From Bacteroides sp. (lineage in GTDB: Bacteria > Bacteroidota > Bacteroidia > Bacteroidales > Bacteroidaceae), in the NCBI GenBank assembly GCA_017559935.1, contig JAFYPV010000128.1, forward strand, positions 10,735 to 74,734: a DNA stretch of 64,000 nt, written 5' to 3'. Positions 18,074-27,436 of the stretch are shown here, one piece after another (the first letter of the stretch is position 1; each line of letters starts with the position of its first letter). The notes under the pieces are model-generated. The model did no database searches and was not told the DNA's origin. It saw only the letters and a program-made list of their open reading frames with translations. A program made the position numbers and the translations under genes.

Positions 18074-19288
18074 ATGACAAACACACCAATGAACATGGGG
18101 TCAAACCCGAAGTTGGAAGATCTTCAAAACTTCCTTTCTGAGAACTTCGATTTTCGTTACAACGTCTTGACAGACATGCCGGAATGCAAGCCGAAGAACA
18201 CGACCACCTATCGGATGATAGACAAACGAATGATGAACAGCCTTAGTTTCAAGGCCATGATGCAAGGCGTCGATTGCAAGGATGCCGATGTGAAACGATT
18301 CCTTTTTTCTGACCAAATTCCTACTCATCATCCTTTCAAGGATTATTTGTCTGGACTTCCCGAATGGGATGGAACTGATCGAGTAATGATGTTAGCTGCT
18401 CGAGTATCGGGTAAGGCTATATGGATTAATGGTTTCCATCGATGGATGTTAGGGATGGTGGCGCAATGGTTGGGTTATCCAACTCGATGTGCCAATGCAC
18501 TTGCACCTATATTAATAAGTACAGAGCAAGGTATGTGCAAATCTACCTTTTGTTCTATTCTTTTGCCAGAGGAGTTGCGAGCTTACTACACGGATAAGTT
18601 TGCCATTACTTCTACCAGCGGATGTGAGCAGAAGATTTCTACCTTCGGTTTGATTAACATGGATGAGTTCGACCAATATTCGGAGCGCATGATGACCATT
18701 TTGAAGAATCTGATGCAGATGAAAAAGGTGAACTATCGCAAGTGTTTTAAAGCCTATTATAGTGACTTGCCTAGAATTGCTTCTTTTATTGGGACGAGCA
18801 ATGAAAAATCCTTATTGACAGATGTGACAGGAAGCCGTAGATTTCTTTGCATTGAGGTGGAAAAACCGATTGACTGTTCGCCGATTGATTATCCGCAACT
18901 CTATGCCCAGCTGAAGTTTGAGTTGGAATCGGGTAAGCGATATTGGCTTTCGAAGGAGGAGGAATTGGAAATTCAGGAGCATAATCGTGCTTTTTATCGT
19001 CACTCGCCGGAGGAAGAAGCTTTTTATAAAGTGTTTGCCTTGCCAAAGGAAGGCGAACCAAGCATGAACTTAACTGCTACAGACATCTACAACCAGCTCC
19101 AGAAGCGTTTTCCAAAGGTTATGCAAGGAGTGAAACCGCAGAGAATGGGAAATATAATGACGAAAATTGGAGCAAGAAAAGTACATACTCGTCAAGGTAA
19201 TGTCTATTTGGTGAAACCTGTGAAGCTTGGTGAAAGCACTCAAGTTTCACGCGAAGAAAATGAGGAACAAGCACTTATGAGTGCATGA
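18074..19288 (+). CDS. VirE/VapE-family P-loop ATPase (helicase-like) with DUF3874-like C-terminus; no recognisable primase domain
   Basis: HPFKDYLSGLPEWDG, Walker A variant EQGMCKST, Walker B INMDEF, SFIGTSN, TGSRRF and YAQL. Start placed at ATG 18074 after the -7 box. Confidence 0.85.
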   Translation: MTNTPMNMGSNPKLEDLQNFLSENFDFRYNVLTDMPECKPKNTTTYRMIDKRMMNSLSFKAMMQGVDCKDADVKRFLFSDQIPTHHPFKDYLSGLPEWDGTDRVMMLAARVSGKAIWINGFHRWMLGMVAQWLGYPTRCANALAPILISTEQGMCKSTFCSILLPEELRAYYTDKFAITSTSGCEQKISTFGLINMDEFDQYSERMMTILKNLMQMKKVNYRKCFKAYYSDLPRIASFIGTSNEKSLLTDVTGSRRFLCIEVEKPIDCSPIDYPQLYAQLKFELESGKRYWLSKEEELEIQEHNRAFYRHSPEEEAFYKVFALPKEGEPSMNLTATDIYNQLQKRFPKVMQGVKPQRMGNIMTKIGARKVHTRQGNVYLVKPVKLGESTQVSREENEEQALMSA

Positions 19289-19300
19289 TACTTGTGAAGG
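19211..19300 (-). repeat. Right 90-bp inverted repeat, overlapping the last 78 nt of the VapE gene
   Basis: Reverse complement: CCTTCACAAGT...GTGAAACTTGAGTGCTTTCACCAAGCTTCACAGGTTTCAC. Confidence 0.85.
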
Positions 19301-19304
19301 TTGG

Positions 19305-19344
19305 AAATGAAATAGCCTCGGAATTTTCCGAGGCTATTTCATTT
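19305..19344. terminator. Bidirectional terminator between VapE and tyrS
   Basis: AAATGAAATAGCCTCGGA / TCCGAGGCTATTTCATTT. Confidence 0.85.
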
Positions 19345-19350
19345 ATTTGT

Positions 19351-20643
19351 TTACTTTGCAATGACTAAGTAATAGTTCTTCTTACCGCGTTGAACGAGCA
19401 AATACTTTTCGTCCAACAAATCGGCAGTAGTAATTACTTGGTCGAAAGCAGCGAGTTTTTCCTTGTTCAAAGAAACACCACCGCCTTGAACAAGCTTACG
19501 CATTTCGCCCTTCGATGCGAAGATGGCAGCATTGTCTACAAACAAGTCTACAGCCTTAACACCTTCTGCCAAAGCTTCTTTTGATACTTCGAACTGAGGA
19601 ACGCCTTCGAATACAGCGAGCAATGTTTGTTCGTCGAGCTTCTTCAAAGCATCTGATGTAGCGTTACCGAAAAGGATGCCTGATGCTTCTACAGCTGCGT
19701 TGTAGTCTTCTTCTGAGTGAACCATGACAGTTACTTCCTTAGCCAAACGCTTCTGCAATACACGGAGGTATGGAGCTTCAGTATGTTCAGCAATCAAGCC
19801 TTCGATTTCTTTCTTAGTGAGGGAAGTAAAGATCTTGATATACTTAGCGGCATCGTCATCGCTCACGTTCAACCAGAACTGGTAGAACTTGTATGGAGAA
19901 GTGTAGCGAGAATCCAACCAGATGTTACCCGATTCAGTCTTCCCGAACTTACCGCCATCGGCCTTAGTAATCAATGGACAAGTCAAAGCGAAAGCTTCGC
20001 CGCCCTTAGTACGACGGATTAATTCTGTACCTGTGGTGATGTTACCCCATTGGTCAGAACCACCCAACTGAAGCTTACAGTTCTTGTTTTCCCACAAGTA
20101 AAGGAAGTCATAACCCTGCAACAATTGGTAAGTAAATTCTGTAAATGACAAACCATCGCGTGCTTCACCGTTCAAACGCTTCTGTACGCTATCCTTTGCC
20201 ATCATATAGTTTACGGTAATGTGCTTACCGATTTCTCGTGCAAAATCGAGGAATGTATAGTCCTTCATCCAGTCATAGTTGTTTACCAACTCTGCCTTAT
20301 TTGCAGCATCGCTATCGAAATCGAGGAACTTAGCCAACTGTTTCTGAATGCAAGATACGTTGTGACGCAAGGTTTCTTCGTTCAACAAGTTACGTTCTGC
20401 TGACTTTCCTGATGGGTCACCAATCATACCTGTTGCACCGCCTACCAAAGCCAATGGCTTGTGACCGCAACGCTGGAAGTGACGGAGCATCATCACACCA
20501 CAAAGGTGGCCGATGTGCAAAGAGTCGGCAGTAGGGTCGATACCCAAGTAAGCAGTTACTTGTTCCTTAGCCAACAATTCTTCTGTACCTGGCATGATGG
20601 TGTGCACCATACCACGCCATGTCAATTCTTCTACAAAATTCAT
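19351..20643 (-). CDS. tyrS: Tyrosine--tRNA ligase
   Basis: [21 protein letters not shown] and KFGKT motifs; S4-like C-terminus. Confidence 0.98.
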   Translation of the reverse strand: MNFVEELTWRGMVHTIMPGTEELLAKEQVTAYLGIDPTADSLHIGHLCGVMMLRHFQRCGHKPLALVGGATGMIGDPSGKSAERNLLNEETLRHNVSCIQKQLAKFLDFDSDAANKAELVNNYDWMKDYTFLDFAREIGKHITVNYMMAKDSVQKRLNGEARDGLSFTEFTYQLLQGYDFLYLWENKNCKLQLGGSDQWGNITTGTELIRRTKGGEAFALTCPLITKADGGKFGKTESGNIWLDSRYTSPYKFYQFWLNVSDDDAAKYIKIFTSLTKKEIEGLIAEHTEAPYLRVLQKRLAKEVTVMVHSEEDYNAAVEASGILFGNATSDALKKLDEQTLLAVFEGVPQFEVSKEALAEGVKAVDLFVDNAAIFASKGEMRKLVQGGGVSLNKEKLAAFDQVITTADLLDEKYLLVQRGKKNYYLVIAK

Positions 20644-20720
20644 CTGTATGTATGTTTTAATGTTTTGATTTTTACTTTAATGGCTGCAAAATTACGACAC
20701 TTTATCTGAACAACCAACTC

Positions 20721-21356
20721 TTATGCCTTAAAAAAGACTTTCTTTACATTCTTCTTTATGTAATCGTTAAGTTCTTTTAAAGGGATTCCACAGGTATCGG
20801 AGATGGTTTGGTAGATGCTTCCGATGGGCTTCTCCGATTCGTCTGTTTCAATAAAGAGTTTTTCCAATGGAGTTGCTTTCAAGGCATTTTCTTGGAAATA
20901 TTCACCGAATGAAAGGTAGAAACCGTGACGGATGCAGTCGGTAGCTAACGCTTCTTTTCCTCTAAATCCATGTATGATCCATGGTTGTTGGGGCTTTATT
21001 TCCTTTTTCAATTGGATAAGTTCGTTGAAGGCTTTGACACAATGAAGAATGAGCGGTAATGAATACGTTTCGCTCAAAAGGATTTGTTGTCTTAAGATGT
21101 TTGTCTGAACGTCTATAGATGGTCCTTGGAGTTTGTCGAGTCCGCTCTCTCCTATCGCTATCACAGATGCGTTGGAAATTAACTTCTGTAAGGATTTCTG
21201 TTGATCCTCGGCATTTTCTTCTGTGAGCTCCCAGGGGTGTATACCTATGGAGGTATATATTGTCCGTTTATCAGCAGGGAACTGTAAAGGAGATTGCGAC
21301 AGAATCTCGGATTCGGGACAAGTTAAGGTATGTGTATGTATATTGAAAAAATCCAT
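20721..21356 (-). CDS. TatD-family hydrolase
   Basis: HTH, GIHPW, IGESGLD, HCVKA, IIHGF and ETD motifs. Confidence 0.9.
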   Translation of the reverse strand: MDFFNIHTHTLTCPESEILSQSPLQFPADKRTIYTSIGIHPWELTEENAEDQQKSLQKLISNASVIAIGESGLDKLQGPSIDVQTNILRQQILLSETYSLPLILHCVKAFNELIQLKKEIKPQQPWIIHGFRGKEALATDCIRHGFYLSFGEYFQENALKATPLEKLFIETDESEKPIGSIYQTISDTCGIPLKELNDYIKKNVKKVFFKA

Positions 21357-21361
21357 GATGT

Positions 21362-21583
21362 TCAGGGAACTGGGTCATAACCGGATCCACCCCAAGGATG
21401 GCATCGTAAAATGCGTCGAATGGCCAAATAAAGTCCTTTGAGAGGGCCATGTTTACAGATGGCTTCCATGGCATAAGCAGAACATGTGGGTGTAAAACGG
21501 CATGAAGGGGCAGTCATTGGAGAAATGTATCCGCGGTAAAAACGGATGGGTAAAATCAATAAATTGATCAGGAGTTTTCTCAT
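21362..21583 (-). CDS. yidD: Membrane protein insertion efficiency factor
   Basis: [10 protein letters not shown] and [17 protein letters not shown]. Confidence 0.95.
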   Translation of the reverse strand: MRKLLINLLILPIRFYRGYISPMTAPSCRFTPTCSAYAMEAICKHGPLKGLYLAIRRILRCHPWGGSGYDPVP

Positions 21584-21981
21584 TGAATGTTTTCGGCTAT
21601 ATGAGTAAGCAGTTTCTTTACCTTTTGTTCTACCAATTTAGCAGGGTATATTTTGTTATCCAGCCAAATAAAGGCCAAAATCATTTTAAAGTTTGATTCC
21701 TTGGCTTTTAAAACATCGAGTAGAATGTATTTGTTTTGTCGATAAGCTTCTCTAACCTGGCGTTTTACTAAATTGCGTTTCACGGCATGCTTAAAACGTT
21801 TCTTGGGTACACTAATCAAGATAGAGACATCAGCAGTATTTTCTTCTGGTGCAAGAGGCATATACACTACACGAAGCGGGAACATTGGAAACGATTTGTT
21901 GCCCCCCGCAAATAAACGATCGATGAGCTTCTTGCTGCATAACCGTTCGTTTTTATTGAATGTATATCTTCTTTCTTCCAT
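21580..21981 (-). CDS. rnpA: Ribonuclease P protein component
   Basis: KNERL and [25 protein letters not shown]. Confidence 0.93.
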   Translation of the reverse strand: MEERRYTFNKNERLCSKKLIDRLFAGGNKSFPMFPLRVVYMPLAPEENTADVSILISVPKKRFKHAVKRNLVKRQVREAYRQNKYILLDVLKAKESNFKMILAFIWLDNKIYPAKLVEQKVKKLLTHIAENIQ

Positions 21982-22065
21982 TTATAACCTATAAAAAAAG
22001 AGGTTTTGAACCACAAAGTTACAACTTTATGCTTACAAAACCTCCGAAGTATATGAACAATTTAA

Positions 22066-22815
22066 TTATTCTTTGTTACGTTCGCCGATAAACTTGTCCA
22101 AAGCAGCGGTCATAGAAGGTGTTTCTACAGTCGGTGCTTCTAAATCAAGACGTAAACCGGCATCTTTTACAGCCTTAGCTGTTGCAGGACCGAAACAACC
22201 AATTGCAATATCGTTTTGTTCGAAACCTGGGAAATTCTTCATCAAAGAACTGATACCTGCTGGACTAAAGAACAACAGCATATCGTAATCAAACTTTTCT
22301 TCCGGTGTGAAGTCATTGCTTACTGTTCGGTACATAACTGCTTCTGTATGCTGGATTTTTTTAGCATCCAATGCATTCTTGATTTCATCGGTATGTACAT
22401 CTGACATTGGAACGAAATACTTTTCCGTATTATGCTTTACAATAGACGGAAGCAAATCGTTGAACTTGCCAGTTGCGCCAAAAAATACTTTGCGCTTTCT
22501 GTATTGTACATATTTCTGAATATACAATGCAATTTGTTCTGAAGTACAGAAGTATTTCATTGTTTCTGGAATTGTTACACGTAACTCCGCACATAGCGTA
22601 AAGAAATGATCAATAGCATGACGGGATGTGAAAACAATTGCTGTGTGGTCTAGAATAGACACCTTTTGTTGTCTAAATTCTTTAGCTGACAGACTTTCTA
22701 CCTTAATAAATGGGCGAAAATCAATTTCTACGCCGTATTTCTCAGCAATGTCGTAATAAGGAGACTTATCAGAGGCTGGTTTTGGCTGAGATACGAGAAC
22801 TTTCTTTATCTTCAA
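22066..22815 (-). CDS. hemD: Uroporphyrinogen-III synthase family protein
   Basis: VLVSQP, VFTSRHA, YRTV, FFSPAG and CFGPAT motifs; conserved position next to rnpA. Confidence 0.8.
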   Translation of the reverse strand: MKIKKVLVSQPKPASDKSPYYDIAEKYGVEIDFRPFIKVESLSAKEFRQQKVSILDHTAIVFTSRHAIDHFFTLCAELRVTIPETMKYFCTSEQIALYIQKYVQYRKRKVFFGATGKFNDLLPSIVKHNTEKYFVPMSDVHTDEIKNALDAKKIQHTEAVMYRTVSNDFTPEEKFDYDMLLFFSPAGISSLMKNFPGFEQNDIAIGCFGPATAKAVKDAGLRLDLEAPTVETPSMTAALDKFIGERNKE

Positions 22816-22828
22816 GGCTATATAATTT

Positions 22829-23536
22829 TTATGTCAAATTGTTACTCACCAGTTCGATGCCTTTCCATAAAATTAGGTCAGGCAAAATTTCAAGGGCACA
22901 AAAGTACAGAATTAAATGCAAAGCACCATATATCTTTGCAAAAAAGTTTCTAAAACACTTCCAAAATAGCGCTATTTTAGCGATTAGTATCGATGATCCG
23001 ATTAAATAGAGGGTGTTTTGTGACGATATGTCGAAATAAATGATCACCAGGATGATAGGAAGTAGAAAAATACCAAGCCAGATGATTAAGTTGAAATATG
23101 ATATAATCCAATTGGAATTGCTTTCTTTTTGAAAGAATACCCAATTGACAAAACTATAGAGAATCCACTTAATGAAAAAGAAACACCCCAAGGTTGTTAC
23201 AAAGCTTCCCAACAAAAGGATATGGGGAATTTTTTCTAGCAAACTGGGCATATTGTTTGATACGTGGTAATAAGCACAGAATCCTAGTAATACGCATGTA
23301 TGAAAAATCAAGAGCAGAATATAACGCATGTCGATGGTATTTCCTTCATCAAACATGCTAGAACGTTTCCGGTTTATGAGGAATGTTTTGAGTTGCTGTA
23401 GTAAATATTTTTTTTCTCTGGAAAATACATAAGTGACCGTCAATACACATAAAAACATGAGGGCAGTTACTATCCAATCAGTATGGAGCAGGTATGGGAG
23501 TGGCTCTCCTATCATTCCTTCGGGCAATGTATTCAT
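22829..23536 (-). CDS. Membrane protein (DUF4271-like)
   Basis: Multiple TM segments and C-terminal LYFCALEILP; synteny from recall. Confidence 0.7.
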   Translation of the reverse strand: MNTLPEGMIGEPLPYLLHTDWIVTALMFLCVLTVTYVFSREKKYLLQQLKTFLINRKRSSMFDEGNTIDMRYILLLIFHTCVLLGFCAYYHVSNNMPSLLEKIPHILLLGSFVTTLGCFFFIKWILYSFVNWVFFQKESNSNWIISYFNLIIWLGIFLLPIILVIIYFDISSQNTLYLIGSSILIAKIALFWKCFRNFFAKIYGALHLILYFCALEILPDLILWKGIELVSNNLT

Positions 23537-24120
23537 ATAGCAGCAAATTTACGGACTTCTTTACTCCACATAGGAGTAGTGTACAATAATTGGATCGCCT
23601 CTTCTGCCGATGTAGCTACTTGCCAAATGGCTTGGTGCTCGCGACGCATGAAGTTACCATCGATGGCACGCTGAAGCATTTCCAATAGCGGATCGTAGAA
23701 TCCGTCAATGTTTAGGATAACGATAGGTTTTAGATATAATCCCAATTGTTTCCAGGTAATGATTTCCAATAATTCTTCCATGGTTCCACAACCACCAGGG
23801 AGAGCAATGACACCGTCTGATAGGTTGGCCATGAGTTGTTTACGTTCATGCATGGTTTCGGTTTCCACTAATTGGGTTAAGCCGGTGTGATGCCAATTCT
23901 GTTCAACCATGAAGTGAGGAATGACTCCGGTAACGGTTCCTCCTGCTTTCAAGGCAGCGTTAGAGGTGGCAGCCATGAGCCCGATGCTACCGGCTCCATT
24001 GATGAGGTTGATGCCCTTTATAGCAAGCAATCGCCCCAGTTCTTCCGCCACGGCGAAATAAACTGGAGCAATTTTAGTACTGGATGCGCTATAAACGCAA
24101 ACATTCTTTATCTGATTCAT
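23533..24120 (-). CDS. LOG-family (TIGR00730) nucleotide monophosphate nucleosidase
   Basis: MHERK and PGGCGTMEE (PGGxGTxxE) motifs. Confidence 0.92.
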   Translation of the reverse strand: MNQIKNVCVYSASSTKIAPVYFAVAEELGRLLAIKGINLINGAGSIGLMAATSNAALKAGGTVTGVIPHFMVEQNWHHTGLTQLVETETMHERKQLMANLSDGVIALPGGCGTMEELLEIITWKQLGLYLKPIVILNIDGFYDPLLEMLQRAIDGNFMRREHQAIWQVATSAEEAIQLLYTTPMWSKEVRKFAAI

Positions 24121-25412
24121 TACAATCCGAATGCTTCTTTTACTTTATCCACATAGTCGAGCTTTTCCCAAGTGAAGAGTTCTACTTCTACTACCTTGGT
24201 TTCGCGGTACATAGATTCGTAACTCTTGGTTACAATCTTCGGTTCACGACCCATGTGACCATATGAAGCTGTTTCTTCATAAATTGGGTTACGAAGCTTC
24301 AAACGTTCTTCGATAGCTTTCGGACGAAGATCGAACAATTCGTCAATCTTCTTTGCTATTTCGCCATCTGTCATATTTACGTTGCTACGTCCATAAGTGT
24401 TGACATAGATGCTCACTGGACGAGCCACACCAATTGCGTATGATACCTGTACCAACATTTCGTCTGCTACACCAGCAGCTACCATGTTCTTGGCAATGTG
24501 ACGAGCCGCGTATGCAGCCGATCGGTCTACTTTACTTGGGTCCTTACCCGAGAAAGCTCCACCACCATGAGCTCCCTTACCACCATAGGTATCCACGATA
24601 ATTTTACGACCTGTCAAACCTGTATCTCCATGAGGACCACCAATAACGAATTTGCCTGTAGGATTTACGTGGTAAGTTATCTTGTCGTTGAACAACTTCA
24701 ATACTTCTGGATTGTGGATGCTGGCAATGACACGTGGCATCAAGATTTCAATAACGTCCTTACGGATTTGGGCCAACATTTCTTCGTCTGCTTTCAACTG
24801 AGCTTCTTTGCTCTTGTCGGCAGGGAGGATAAATTCATCATGTTGAGTAGAAACTACGATAGTATCAATACGAACCGGTTTGCCATTATCATCGTATTCA
24901 ATGGTTACCTGGCTCTTTGAGTCCGGACGGAGGTAAGTCATTTCCTTGCCTTCGCGACGGATATCGGCCAAAATCATCAACAACTTGTGTGACAAGTCGA
25001 GCGACAATGGCATATAGTTTTCTGTTTCATTGGTAGCATATCCAAACATCATACCTTGGTCGCCGGCACCCTGATTCATTGGGTCTTCGCGTTCTACACC
25101 ACGGTTGATATCAGCACTCTGTTCGTGGATGGCGCTGAGTACACCACACGAGTTTCCTTCAAACATGTATTCGCTTTTTGTGTAGCCGATGCGGTTAATC
25201 ACTTCACGGGCGATACGTTGCAAATCTACATATGCTTCAGTCTTCACTTCACCAGCCATTACTACTTGTCCTGTAGTAACGAGAGTTTCGCAAGCTACTT
25301 TCGAACTGGGGTCAAATGCCAACAGTTTATCAAGCACAGCGTCCGATATTTGGTCGGCCACTTTGTCGGGGTGTCCTTCAGACACCGATTCGGATGTGAA
25401 TAAGTATCCCAT
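24120..25412 (-). CDS. metK: S-adenosylmethionine synthetase
   Basis: [16 protein letters not shown] and GGGAFSGKD. Confidence 0.98.
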   Translation of the reverse strand: MGYLFTSESVSEGHPDKVADQISDAVLDKLLAFDPSSKVACETLVTTGQVVMAGEVKTEAYVDLQRIAREVINRIGYTKSEYMFEGNSCGVLSAIHEQSADINRGVEREDPMNQGAGDQGMMFGYATNETENYMPLSLDLSHKLLMILADIRREGKEMTYLRPDSKSQVTIEYDDNGKPVRIDTIVVSTQHDEFILPADKSKEAQLKADEEMLAQIRKDVIEILMPRVIASIHNPEVLKLFNDKITYHVNPTGKFVIGGPHGDTGLTGRKIIVDTYGGKGAHGGGAFSGKDPSKVDRSAAYAARHIAKNMVAAGVADEMLVQVSYAIGVARPVSIYVNTYGRSNVNMTDGEIAKKIDELFDLRPKAIEERLKLRNPIYEETASYGHMGREPKIVTKSYESMYRETKVVEVELFTWEKLDYVDKVKEAFGL

Positions 25413-25496
25413 TCTAAATTAAAAATTGAAAATTATAAATTAAAAACCAATTCAAACGGGGGATAGGAATTCAGAGTAGGTGGACATAGAAAGTCA

Positions 25497-25549
25497 ATGT
25501 TGTTTTAGCATTTTTTTCCGTGGTTGCAAGCTACTCAAATCTCTCCACT
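25497..25549 (-). promoter_or_regulatory. SAM-II-class riboswitch aptamer in the metK leader
   Basis: Minus strand GTGG-AGA-GATTT-GAGTAGC-TTGCAA-CCAC-GGAAAAAAAT-GCTAAAA carries the SAM-II hallmark blocks. -7 box TATCTTTG at 25563-25570. Confidence 0.75.
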
Positions 25550-25646
25550 GTTTTAATGGATGCAAAGATACAACTATTTCTCAACACTACATAGTCTTTC
25601 TGTGTTCTTTAACATGAAATATTCCTTTTTTTATTAACTTTGTGCC

Positions 25647-27002
25647 ATGAGTAAAGAAAAATTTGCTGTAGTCGCAGTTTTAGCTGCCATCATGATGGGG
25701 GTTTTGGACGGCACCGTAATGAATGTCGCATTGCCTACTTTGTCCAAGGAGTTCGGAGTAACACCTTCGGACATTATTTGGGTGGTCAATGCGTATCAGT
25801 TGGTTGTGACCATGATGCTGCTTGGATTCGCTGCCATTGGTGATGTGTTTGGATACAAGCGAGTGTTTCTCTGTGGAGTAAGTATTTTTGTCACAGCTTC
25901 GGCTATGTGTGCCATGAGTTCTTCGTTCGAGATGATGGTCGTTTCCCGTGTGTTACAAGGCATTGGAGGTGCTTGTACCATGAGTATCAATACTGCTCTG
26001 TTACGTATTATTATTCCTCCTAACCGATTGGGACGGGTGATGGCTGCCAATGCGGTTATTGTAGCAGTAACAGCAGCTTCGGGACCAGCTTTAGGAGGAG
26101 CAATTCTTTCGGTTGGCCATTGGTCATGGATTTTCTTAATGAATATACCGCTTGGTTTGGCTGCTCTAGTTTTGGGTTGGAAGCTCCTTCCTCATAATCC
26201 ACCTCAAAAGAGCAAACGGAAACTGGATGGGCAGAGTGTTGTGATGAACGCAGTATTCTTTGGTCTTTTAATCTATACCATTGAAGGTATTGCTCATGAT
26301 GGCATTTCTACGCTGTTGATCTTGCAAGCAGTGATAGCGGTAATTGTTGGCGTATTGTATATCCGTCGCCAGTTACAGATACCGATGCCTATTCTTCCTG
26401 TCGATTTGTTCCGGATTCCAATATTTTCTTTGTCTATTGGGTGCAGTATCTCTTGTTTTACAGCACAGATGATGGCTTTGGTTTCTCTTCCGTTCTTTAT
26501 GCAACATTCTTTGGGTATGAGTGCAGCTCAGACAGGATTATTGCTGACTCCTTGGCCATTGGCTACTACGTTGACGGCGCCTCTAGCCGGTAGGTTGATT
26601 GAAAGAGTACATCCGGGTATTTTAGGGGCAATTGGTATGGGGGTGTTTGCTACGGGATTGTGCTTGCTTATTATGCTGGGTGGAGGTACTGAACCTTTAG
26701 ATTTAGCTTGGCGAATGGCAGTGTGTGGTGTTGGTATTGGATTGTTTCAAACGCCTAACAATGTGACGATTACCACATCTGCACCTATCCAGCGAAGTGG
26801 AGGTGCAAGTGGAATGCTGGGAACTGCCCGTGTGCTTGGCCAAACTTTAGGTACAGCAATTGTAGCCGTATTGTTTCACTTGATGGGAAACCGTGGAGGT
26901 GGTGAACAGGTTTGTCTTTGGGTAGCTCTTTCTTTAGCCATAATGGCAGGTTTGTTGAGTACGCTCCGTATTAAAGAACACTCTCCTATTCAACGTTCGT
27001 GA
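25647..27002 (+). CDS. MFS transporter, DHA2-like
   Basis: LDGTVMNVALP, WVVNAY, GDVFGYKR, GPALGG and WIFLMNIPLG. Confidence 0.9.
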   Translation: MSKEKFAVVAVLAAIMMGVLDGTVMNVALPTLSKEFGVTPSDIIWVVNAYQLVVTMMLLGFAAIGDVFGYKRVFLCGVSIFVTASAMCAMSSSFEMMVVSRVLQGIGGACTMSINTALLRIIIPPNRLGRVMAANAVIVAVTAASGPALGGAILSVGHWSWIFLMNIPLGLAALVLGWKLLPHNPPQKSKRKLDGQSVVMNAVFFGLLIYTIEGIAHDGISTLLILQAVIAVIVGVLYIRRQLQIPMPILPVDLFRIPIFSLSIGCSISCFTAQMMALVSLPFFMQHSLGMSAAQTGLLLTPWPLATTLTAPLAGRLIERVHPGILGAIGMGVFATGLCLLIMLGGGTEPLDLAWRMAVCGVGIGLFQTPNNVTITTSAPIQRSGGASGMLGTARVLGQTLGTAIVAVLFHLMGNRGGGEQVCLWVALSLAIMAGLLSTLRIKEHSPIQRS

Positions 27003-27424
27003 TTGGGATGGATAATGTCCGGTGCGATTTCTTTTAATGGAATCATGACGAAATCCCTTTCCCACATGAGTGGATGAGGAATAGTCAGTTCGGGAGTTTC
27101 CATCTGTAGGTCATCATATAGCAGAATGTCGATATCAATCATTCTGTCGCTATAAGCACCATTTATTGATTTCTTTAGCCGTCCTAGTAATCGTTCTATA
27201 TCTTGGGTTATGCGGAGTACTTCCATTGGAGAATGTGTGGTGTAAACGCGGCAAACTGCATTAAGAAAAGCGTGTTCGGAAGTGAATCCCCAAGGTTCAG
27301 TAGTATAAAAAGCGGATAGGGAAGTAACCTTCCCTACCCGCTTTGTTATTTCGTTTACGGCCATTTTCAGATTGGCTTCCTTGTCGCCCAAGTTAGTGCC
27401 TAAGCTTAAATACACTTGATGCAT
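26990..27424 (-). CDS. folK: 2-amino-4-hydroxy-6-hydroxymethyldihydropteridine pyrophosphokinase
   Basis: LSLGTNLGD, FLNAV, DRMIDIDIL and IPHP...RDFV. Confidence 0.95.
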   Translation of the reverse strand: MHQVYLSLGTNLGDKEANLKMAVNEITKRVGKVTSLSAFYTTEPWGFTSEHAFLNAVCRVYTTHSPMEVLRITQDIERLLGRLKKSINGAYSDRMIDIDILLYDDLQMETPELTIPHPLMWERDFVMIPLKEIAPDIIHPNHER

Positions 27425-27436
27425 CTTTGAAGCGAA

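Larger units (their letters stand above)
17523..19300. mobile_element. Putative compact element: a single VirE/VapE helicase gene between 90-bp imperfect inverted repeats
   Basis: IRs 17523-17612 and 19211-19300 align without gaps (62/90). Mobility is inferred only; no recombinase is present. Confidence 0.45.

Noticed and set aside
19244-19258. GTTTCACGCGAAG as a second parS
   Set aside because: Only a half match, and it is explained by the right inverted repeat.
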